A stretch of 64,000 bases of DNA from Octopus vulgaris (lineage: Eukaryota). The translations under genes and the position numbers were made by a program. Shown piece after piece: positions 54,162-64,000 of this stretch (position 1 is the stretch's first letter; each line of letters begins with the position of its first letter). A model generated the notes under the pieces. The model did not search any database. It was not told where the DNA came from and was given only the letters and a program-made list of their open reading frames with translations. The stretch is taken from the NCBI GenBank assembly GCA_951406725.2, contig OX597831.1, positions 22,816,001-22,880,000 of the forward strand, read 5' to 3'.

Positions 54162-55602
54162 CTAGCAGTATCGCCCGGCGTTGCTCGGGTTTGTTTCGAC
54201 CCGCTGGAATTGTAATTTTGAAAAGTAAAAATTTTGTGAACATTTTTCTGGTCGAAATACACCGAAAAGTGGCGACACAGCAGTGAAAAAATCGTAAAAA
54301 ATAGGGATTTTCATAGAAAAAAGCATCTTTTTGATGTAAATAATTTTTGGTGTTAACATGGTCCGATTTGAATTTTATGTTCTACGGAAGGAAGAGCAAC
54401 CCTTCTTCTACCATACTCTCAATTTTGGTCAACTTGCGCCGCAGGGTCTCGGAGGAGATAGTGTTAGTTGAAGGTTACCATTGTAGGTGCCTGAGTAACA
54501 ACCTCGCGGATTTACAGATAAATGAATTAATTACTATTTTACAGAATAAAATTAAATAATTCTTGAAAATTAATTAATATTAATATTTTTTGAACAAAGT
54601 AAATAATTTTTAAAACTTAAATAATAATTTTTTTTTACACAAACGCGAACGGGGAAAAGGGGGTGGCGAATTCGATTTACATACCTAAATTTTTTCTTTT
54701 TCATGACATTGTAGCAAAATAGTAGTGAATTATATAAATACCAGCAGTACATTTTTTTTCTGGGGTATTTTTTTTCAACCTCGTCACATATTTGCCCCTT
54801 TCAATTTAAACAAAGTCTTAATTAAGCAATTACGGCAGCTTAGCAATGGTTTCAATACAGGCGTGACATCTGTATCTCAATTGTTCAAAACCCTTCGAAT
54901 TTTTTCGCACGTGATGATATCATAGTGAAAACTTCAGTTATTTCTGTCTTTCACTCTGTCTGTCTCTTTACACACACTAACAAAAGCACTTCACTTACAC
55001 ACCACACTTTCTGTGTCGCACAACCCATCAAACACACACACACACACACACTCACGCACGCACACATGTACATCAATGCTTTCGGAGTGAAATGTTAAAA
55101 TATTGAGTTTTCTCGAATTTTGTCTTAATTGGGGGTGAAATTGAAAGAAATATATTATGGCATGAGCGAATGGAGTACTTTGAAAAATCTTAGGTAAATT
55201 CTAATTGAAGAAATTGTGTGAGGAGTAAATCGTTATGTATTTATTTGTTTCTGTTTGCTGTGTTTTTTTATTTTTTGAGTAGTGGTTTAAATACTTTCAG
55301 TTTAGTCTTCCTCAAATCACTCTGTCGCTATTTACTTTCATTTTATTCGTTGCACACTGTGTGTGTGCGTTTGCGTGTGCTGTAAACCAGACTAAGAAAA
55401 GCATTTGACACACACACCAGAATGTGAGTTTTCTGTAAATTTTGCTTAATTGGAGTTTAAATTTTAAAAACTGGACCTGGCATGACCCGATGCATTCTAC
55501 TCTTAAAAATGCTAGGTAAATTGTAATTGAAGAAATCCTATATTGTAGATTTCTATAACTTACAAAGGGAGGCAGATAAAATCTGCCTTTTATAATAAGA
55601 GA
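54162..55602 (-). mobile_element. Non-autonomous Helitron
   Basis: Minus strand begins A|TCTCTTATTATAAAA and ends with GC hairpin CCCGAGCAACGCCGGG, then CTAG|T; AT insertion site without TSD. Confidence 0.85.
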
Positions 55603-55764
55603 TAAAGTAACTTTATTAATTCTTTCAGCTACATAATATGAAACTTTGTTGAACTTTAATCCTTAGTTGTTTTGAAAACCTGCAAGCTTAAATCACAAGA
55701 TATATAATCACGCAACTGATCCCCACGTCCTAAAATTACTGGCCTTGTACCAGAATTTTGAAGT

Positions 55765-55885
55765 CCCTATCAAGAGCAAAAATATCAATAATCTACGATT
55801 TGCTTGTGATGCAGTTTATATTGCAAACATCACCAGGGGTACTAGAAACGTTATTGGACAAGGTACAAAGTGTATTGAGAGAATC
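55765..55885 (+). pseudogene. RTE-type reverse transcriptase fragment
   Basis: NINNLRFACDAVYIA resembles the RTE RT motif INNLR(F/Y)ADD..LIA. Confidence 0.55.
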
Positions 55886-56463
55886 TTTGATCTATTTGTT
55901 TCAGTCATAAGATTGTGGCCATGCTGGGGCATCACCTTGAAGAACTTTTAGTTAAATGAATTGATCCCACTGCTTATATTTTTAAGCTTGGTGCATATTT
56001 AATTTCTCACATGCCAGTATAAAATTATTGCAAAGAAGACAAAAGCCATGATGGTGACAAAAACCCAAGAGCCATCTAGCATCCATTGCCAAGGAGTTAT
56101 TTTAGAACAGGTATCCAAGCTCAAAAGTTTGGTTGCTGTCATAGAACAATCAGGAGACGGAAGCTGTGAAATAAGGGTGCTAATTAGGTCAGCCTGATCA
56201 GTGTTGAAATAACACAATACAGACTGGAAAGACAGATATGTTTACAAGAACATAGAATTGAAGTTCTTTGTTTGGTCTGTTGCACAGAATGGATATGAAG
56301 GCTGCATCCTAAGAGCAAATCACATGGCCAACCTCAAAGCATTTTAAACCTTTGTGCATGTGTGTGTGAGTGTGTACATATATGTATGTATGTATGTATG
56401 TATACTGTATTTTCTGGGATTCCTTTAGAATTTTCCCAACCAAAATCAAATATGGTGAACATA

Positions 56464-57039
56464 CACAGACAAGCAGGAAGTAAATAGACACCTTTAATTT
56501 TCAGAATTTTTTATTTGATATTAATTGGTTGAAGGAGAGGTTTTCTTCTAGCTGCTCATCCACAATACCCAAGCATATTCAAAGATGTAACACATGTTCT
56601 TGAACTAATTTCTAGCTGTTTTGCAATGTAAGAAGCCTTCAAACGGGATTTGTTTTCCACAATTCTCTTCAAACAGCCAAGCTTCCTTTCTGAAGGTCCA
56701 AGTCAGCCAGGAGCAGAATCTGTTGATTCCCTTCCTTGGCTTTTGAATTGCACGAAAATTTTATTAACAGTATCCAGAGGAATTTGAAGATTTTCGTCAA
56801 TTTTTTGCTGGCTAAGAACAGTCTCAGATTGCCCAACATTACAACCTCTTTGAAAATCTGACAGTTGTGCTGAATTTTTTGTGCATGGCATGGTTACTCT
56901 TCACAAATGTTTAATATAATGGTACCTGGAATGAAAAAGAATACTTACATTGTAAATTCTAGACCACTGAAAACATTAACACGCTTAGATCAGAAATTTT
57001 GAAAATTAAAGGTGTCTATTTACTTCCTGCATGTCTGTG
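56464..57039 (-). mobile_element. Internally deleted Tc1-family transposon
   Basis: ~46 bp TIRs CACAGACAAGCAGGAAGTAAATAGACACCTTTAATTTTCA; minus frame QLSDFQRG...IPLDTVNKI...PG*LGPSER...G*AARRKPLL is the Tc1 DNA-binding region; DDE domain absent. Confidence 0.9.
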
Positions 57040-57421
57040 TGTATACACCAAGATGACTTTGGCAGACCCAAGAATTCCATAGAAAATACAGCAGGAATTA
57101 GAAAGTTAGTGACAATGTTTCAATGTTTACGAATGTTTATACTATATCCCACATTGGCTTGTATGTCAGAAAATATGGTAAATGCGTGTGTATATGGATG
57201 TATGAATTTATGCATGTATGTTTGTATTCATGTTAGATGTAATATAATGAAATGGAAGAGTTCATGTCAGTATAATAGGGTGGAAGAATCTACTTTCAAC
57301 TACTTGAACTGCCAGCTTCATTTCGTGTGATGTGAATCAAGAGAGGTCATAAGACAAGGTCAGAGGGCAAAATAAATCTTTTGAAGAACTGTTCTCTCTA
57401 GATTGATGCGATGTGGTACAC

Positions 57422-57487
<66 letters not shown>

Positions 57488-57561
57488 TATGTATGTGTGT
57501 GTGTATTTGTGTGGGTGTACATATACACACACATATATGTATGTATATATATATATGTGTA

Positions 57562-57615
<54 letters not shown>

Positions 57616-57814
57616 TACATACATTACATATGATATATACATATATATATATATACAGAAAGAAAGAACGTAAGTGAGGTAGATTGATAGTTTCACACAT
57701 ACTCATACACACACATATATATGTGTGTATTTGTATGTATAATATATGTATGCATGTATATATAGAGTGAGAGACAGACAAATAAATGGATGGATGGATT
57801 GATAGATATAGCTG

Positions 57815-57856
<42 letters not shown>

Positions 57857-57989
57857 TATGTGTGTGTGTGTGTGAGTGTATGCATATTAGGATGTTTGTT
57901 CTATCTCTAAGAATGAGAGATCCCCAAACCTTTGTAATGATAAAACTTATTGAGTATTGTACCTTAAAATCTTTACAAGAAAGCAAATA

Positions 57990-58620
57990 CGAGCACACAC
58001 ACACACACACGCATGTACACAGATTCACACACACGCATGCACACACACGCATGCACACACACACATACACACACATGCATGAACACAGATTCACACACGC
58101 ATGCACACAGATTCACACACACGCATGCACACAGATTCACACACACGCATGCACACACACACATACACACACACGCATGAACACAGATTCACACACGCAT
58201 GCACACAGATTCACACACACGCATGCACACAGATTCACACACACGCATGCACACACACACACACACGCATGCATGAACACAGATTCACACACGCATGCAC
58301 ACAGATTCACACACACGCATGCACACACACACATACACACACACACACGCATGCACACAGATTCACACACACGCATGCACACAGATTCACACACACACAT
58401 GCACACAGATTCACACACATGCATGCACACACACATACACACACACACACACACACGAACACAGATTCATACACACGCGTGCACACAGATTCACACACAC
58501 GCATGCACACAGATTCACACACACGCATGCACACACACACACATACACACACACACACGAACACAGAGTCACACACACGCATGAACACAGATTCACACAC
58601 ACGCAGACTCACACACACAC
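57990..58620. repeat. ~24 bp CA-rich minisatellite GCATGCACACAGATTCACACACAC
   Basis: ACAGATTCACAC anchor recurs many times with variable CA spacers. Confidence 0.92.
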
Positions 58621-59199
58621 ATATATACATGCACATGTATATGTATATATGTGTATATACATAAAATATCTATGTCTATGTATATATTTGTGTGTGTGTG
58701 TGAAAGTGTGTATTTGTGCGTTTGTATGCATGTGTGCATACAAACATGTATCCATACATTACTGCATACATGTGTGTGCATGCACACACACACACACACA
58801 CACATGATTGGCTCTGTTTGGTTCATTGGCCAATAACACCCACAACAACGTTATGCCCAACAACAACAACAATAGCAGCAAGAACGAAAACAAAATGAAT
58901 ACTTCAATAGAATTTAGCCAAATGCCTTCAGACAATGAAACTCTGGAATAATGCCATGGTCGTTTTGGTTTATTGGTTTCTGCTTTATCAATAAGCAAAA
59001 TAGTTTCTGGGGCAACAACATTGATGCCATGGTAACCACCAGCTCTATCTAAATAGCCATAGCAACTAACAAACCTTACAATCCTCAGTTATATTCTCAT
59101 GTAGATATTTGACCAATTCTATGTAGAATTCCTTCTCGTCTTTAATAATGGTAAGTCTAAGACGAGAGAAGCCAGTGAGGGAGGGATCTTATACTCATA

Positions 59200-59364
59200 G
59201 GCGTAGGAATGGCTGTGTGGTAAGTAGCTTGCTTACAAACCACATGGTTCTGGGTTCAGTCCCTCTGTGTGGCACCTTGGGCAAGTGTCTTCTACTATAG
59301 CCTCAGGCCGACCAAATCCTTGTGAGTGGATTTGGTAGATGGAAACTGAAAGAAGCCTGTCGTA

Positions 59365-59421
<57 letters not shown>

Positions 59422-59640
59422 GTGTGTGTGTGTTTGTATGTCTGTGTTTGTTCCCCCAACATTGCTTGACAACCGATGTCGGTGTGTTTACGTCCGGGTA
59501 ACTTAGGGGTTCAACAAAAGTGCCCGATAGAATAAGTACTAGGCTTACAAAGAATAAGTCCTAGGGTCGATTTGCTCGACTAAAGGCGGTATCCCAGCAT
59601 GGCCACAGTCAAATGACTGAAACAAATAAAAGAAAGATAA
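59200..59640 (+). mobile_element. SINE family A, full length
   Basis: Matches 5781-6202. Confidence 0.9.
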
Positions 59641-60097
59641 AGATTTCTACTGTTTATTAAGGATTAATTAGAACATGGCTGGGTGGTTAAGAAGCTAGCT
59701 TAGCAGTAATGTGGATTTGGGTTCAGTCCTACTGCATGGCACCCTTGAGCATGGGTTTTCTATTATAGCTCTGGGCAGACCAATGGCTTGTGAGTGGATT
59801 TAGTGGATGAAAACAGTGTGGTGTCATATGTTATCACTGTCGTTGTTGTTGTCGTCATGGTTACATTTTGATCCCTTTTTTCTTTTTTTTTTGTGTGGAT
59901 AATTCAACTTCTTTGGAGAGTCTATGATTGCACAGATGTGTAATTTTGGTTTTTCAATGTCCAATCTTTGAAGTATCGTAAATTTTAGTTCATCTTCGTT
60001 CTCCTTATTCTCTTTATTATTTTTCCTGAGACAGAATTTCATTGTAGATTTACAGAGATGTTACTTGCATAGCAAGTGACCTGATCTGTATTCGTAT

Positions 60098-60462
60098 CTC
60101 TTTTACTCTGTTACTTGTTTCAGTCGTTTGACTGTGGCCATACTGGAGCACTGCCTTTAGTCAAGCAAATCGACCCTAGGACTTATTCTTTGTAAGCCTA
60201 GTATTTATTCTATCAGTCTTTTTTGCCAAACCACTAAGTTACGGGGACATAAACACACTAGCATCAGTTGTCAAGTGATGTTGGGAGGACAATTACAGAC
60301 ACACAAATATATACAAACACACATACATATATACGACGGGCTTCTTTCAGTTTCCGACTACCAAATCCACTCATAAGGTTGACCAAGGTGCCATGTAGTG
60401 GGACTGAACCCGGAACCATGTGGTTCGTAAGCAAGCTACTTACCACACAGCCACTCCTACGC
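60098..60462 (-). mobile_element. SINE family A inserted into family J leader
   Basis: Reverse complement of family A; CGTAT on both sides. Confidence 0.88.
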
Positions 60463-60481
60463 CGTATGCTGAAACAAAAAC

Positions 60482-60767
60482 AATTGCAGTGTGGAAGGTG
60501 TTTATAAGCCATTGAAAAACACACAAGAACCGTTAGATTCACTTCGACATTTAAATTTAATTTGCCAAAATATTTTCGGCCCTCTGAAAGTGCGACCTGT
60601 TCACTGACAAAATTCAGTGAGATGCAGCATGGAATTTTGTCAGTAAACAGGTCGCACTTTCAGAGCGCCGAAAATATTTTGGCAAATTAAATTTAAATGT
60701 CGAAGTGAATCTAACAGATTCTGTGTTTTTTTTTAAATGATTTATAAAAACCTTTCACAATGCAATT
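60482..60767. repeat. ~135-bp-arm inverted repeat of family J
   Basis: AATTGCAGTGTGGAAGG...CTGACAAAATTC pairs with GAATTTTGTCAG...CCTTTCACAATGCAATT. Confidence 0.9.
60561..60611 (-). ncRNA. Variant minimal HHR with G3-C8 swapped core
   Basis: Minus strand: TTTGTCA-GTGAACA-GGTC gcactttcagag GGCC-GAAA-ATAT-TT-TGGCAAA; mirrored on plus at 60636-60686. Confidence 0.6.
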
Positions 60768-61120
60768 CTTTTAAATATATTGTAATTTGTAAGACATTAT
60801 TCCACCTGACCTATATTCATTGTTGACGCTTCTTTTTCTGTCTTTTCTTCTCACCCATTCTTATCTTTTGTATTTTTACCAACCATTTGAGAATTTTCAT
60901 CTGTAATTATCATTTCTCCTTCAAGCATCAGTGAGGTATGGTGCTACACATTTGCCACAGTTTGGGGATGAGATACTTGCTCATCTATTCAATGTACTAC
61001 TTATAAAGATATTTCACTTGCCACCCCTGAGTTCTGGCTAATGGTGTTCTGAAAACTAGGATCTGTCATACATTTTGCAGTTACTCTCCATTATTTTTAG
61101 TATTTTCCTTAATTTTGCTT

Positions 61121-61500
61121 AGGTGTAGGAGTGGCTGTGTGGTAAGTAGATTGCTTACCAACTACATGGTTCTGGGTTCAGTCCCACTGCATGGCACCTT
61201 GGGCAAGTGTCTTCTACGATAGCCTTGGGCCAACCAAAGCCTTGCGAGTGGATTTGGTAGACGGAAACTGAAAGAAGCCTGTCGTATATATGTATGTGTG
61301 TGTTTGTGTTTGTCCCCCCAGGATCGCTTGACAACCGATGCTGGAGTGTTTACGACCCCGTAACTTAGCGGTTCGGCAAAAGACACTGATAGAATAAGTA
61401 CTAGGCTTACAAAGAATAAGTCCTGGAGTCAATTTGCTCGACTAAAAGGCGGTGCTCCAGCATGGCCGCAGTCAAATGACTGAAACAAACAAAAGAGAAT
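61121..61500 (+). mobile_element. SINE family A, full length
   Basis: Matches 5781-6202. Confidence 0.9.
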
Positions 61501-61585
61501 CATTCCAATTCTTGTAGACGTTTGGCATTAAATAGTGTTTAGCTACCACAATTGTAGCACCAATGGCTTCTGCCCTATATCTTAA

Positions 61586-61889
61586 TCCTTTAGCATTCAA
61601 ATTAATTGGTCAGGTATAAATGCCACTCTGTTGGTTATGACAACAAGAGTTCCAGTTGGTCTGATCAATGGGACAGCCTGCTTGTGAAATTACCTTGCAA
61701 TCGGTGGAGCATTCCACAGTAATATTTATTCATTGTTTTTGAATTAATCGTGTATTATCTCTTAGTTTCAGGACTTTGAATTTTTAGAATGACATTGTGG
61801 GACAGGTGTGAAAGGCTGCATCTGGCTGGTTTCACTGTAAAGCAGGCTTAATATTTGAGCTATATCTGGCTGATTTACATGTCAAAGGA
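61586..61889. mobile_element. piggyBac-like MITE containing a SINE C tail fragment (~61622-61720)
   Basis: TTAA|TCCTTTAGCATTCAAA ... TTTACATGTCAAAGGA|TTAA: imperfect TIRs with TTAA on both sides. Confidence 0.65.
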
Positions 61890-62004
61890 TTAACTAAGCC
61901 TTATGTCCTTTGACACAGTTCAAGTGTGGTTCTGTGGCTTTTAGGGGTCAACAGGACTTGTAAATCCATTTCGATGACCCATCCCCGAGTCACATGTTAC
62001 CTTT

Positions 62005-62400
62005 CAAGTTTGCTTACCAACCACGTGGTTCTGGGTTCAGTTCCATTGCATGGCACCTTGGGCAAGTGTTTTCTACTATAACCTCAGGTTGACCAAAGCT
62101 TTGTGAGTGGATTTGGTAGACAGAGACTGAAAGAAGCCTGTTGTGTGTGTGTATGTATGACTTTGAGCTTGTGTTTGTCCCTCCACCCCCCCACTTGACA
62201 ACTGGTGCTGGTTTGTTTATACTCCCATAACTGAGTGGTTTAGCAAAAGAGACTGAGACAATAAGTACCAGACTTTCAAAAATAATATTGCTGTAGAGTC
62301 GTCAATCGTTTTGATTGATAAATTCTTCAAATTGGTGCTCCAGCATGACCACATTCTAATGACCGAAACGAGCAGAAGGTAAAATAAAAAATAAAAATAA
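62005..62400 (+). mobile_element. SINE family A, diverged
   Basis: Head fragment, core and tail recognisable. Confidence 0.8.
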
Positions 62401-62811
62401 AAGATACCATTGATCCCAAGTATTTGGCTGGTGCATTGCGTATGAACCCCAGAAGGACGAAACGCAAATGTTAGACCTTGCTGAGATTTGAACCCATCAC
62501 ATAAAAAACCAAAAAAGACATACTCACAGGCATTTTCTTTGATGTTTCAATGTTTCAGGCAATCTACTGCCTAACAACAACAACAACAACAACAACAACA
62601 GCAGCAATAAAAATAAATATCATTTTTATTATTATTATTAATATCCATTCCTTTTCATTTTTATTTGTATTTTTAAACAAATGCTTTCGAAATTATCAAA
62701 GGAAACATGCAAGCCGGCAGAAAAGATTGTGCAAAATTCAGATATGTTATATACACACACATATACACACACACGTTATATAGACGTTTTGTTGTAGCTT
62801 TTTGGCTGGTT

Positions 62812-63038
<227 letters not shown>

Positions 63039-64000
63039 CTGTTAGCTATTACTGCAGCTATATCGGTCAGACGAAACACTAATGGATTATAAAAGACTGG
63101 AGGAGGATTCTCAGTGCATGCAGACATAGACACATACACACACACACATATATATATACAAACATACACATATACTCACCCGCATACACACACACACACA
63201 CACATACACACACGCATATGCGGACATATGCATATTACGCACACGCATTCATGCGTATGCACATACACACTCACTCATACATATACATGTACACATTCAG
63301 AGACATACACACACACACACAGTCACGCGCAAAGAAACGCCCACACAACACACTTAATACCTGTATGCACGTATGTGTATGCAGCATGTATGTATGTATA
63401 TGCATGTATGTATATGTGTGTATGTATACATATATGTATATTTATGCATATATATGTATATATATATATATATGTGTGTATATATATATGTGTGTGTGTG
63501 TATATATATGTATATACATGTGTATGTATATATATATGTGTATATGTATATATATATATATATATATGTATATATGTAAATATATATGTATATATAGATG
63601 TATATATGTATATATATATGTATATGTATATATAATTTTGGAAATATGCACAAAGTTATAACTAGGTGGATATATCTGTGTGTGTGTGTATATATATGTG
63701 TGTGTGTCTGTGTGTGTGTGTATACACACACCCTTACACACATACATGCATATTCATACACACACACACACAGACGCACACATTTATATAATGTGTATGG
63801 ACATATAAATACACACATATAAAACATACTCTGATGCATTATTAGAAACTATAAACACAAAATTACACACACACACTCACACACACACACACACATACAC
63901 ACACACACAAAAGCATGAAAAAGATCTAAAAAGGAATACATATTTTAATGTTTGTTATACGTGTGAAAGAGATTCACTGGATGTACGTGACTGAAGCATC

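Noticed and set aside
57790-58807. His/Thr-rich repeat ORFs or CRISPR-like periodicity
   Set aside because: CA-rich minisatellite with no unique spacers and no cas genes, in a eukaryotic context.

Overview
AT-rich, microsatellite-saturated animal genomic DNA with no supportable host protein-coding gene or RNA gene; it is probably intronic or intergenic. The repeat repertoire looks like an octopod cephalopod (inference, not tested). Nearly all ORFs in the track are translations of (TA)n, (CA)n, (ATGC)n and (AAT)n repeats. Real content: (1) four tRNA-headed SINE families in many copies (A: CORE-like with a CR1-type tail; B: Deu/Nin-domain, often multimeric; C and D: sharing modules), plus an (ATG)n-tailed retroposon family E; (2) LINE fragments (CR1-like, RTE, probable Tx1/L1 and R4/Dong), two sharing 3' tails with the SINEs; (3) DNA transposon relics (Tc1, mariner with a nested pogo-like element, piggyBac-like and hAT-like MITEs, a Helitron, two Helentron-like elements). 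The most striking layer is a set of short, mutually unrelated elements, mostly abutting (TA)n tracts. Many are long fold-back palindromes and carry minimal type I hammerhead ribozyme (HHR) motifs with a palindromic stem III. One is fully canonical (16130-16174) and several have non-canonical cores, including a G3-C8 swap family. This fits terminal remnants of Penelope-like retroelements, but no Penelope ORF is present in the window. Family names are pattern-recognition calls made without a database search, and element boundaries are approximate.
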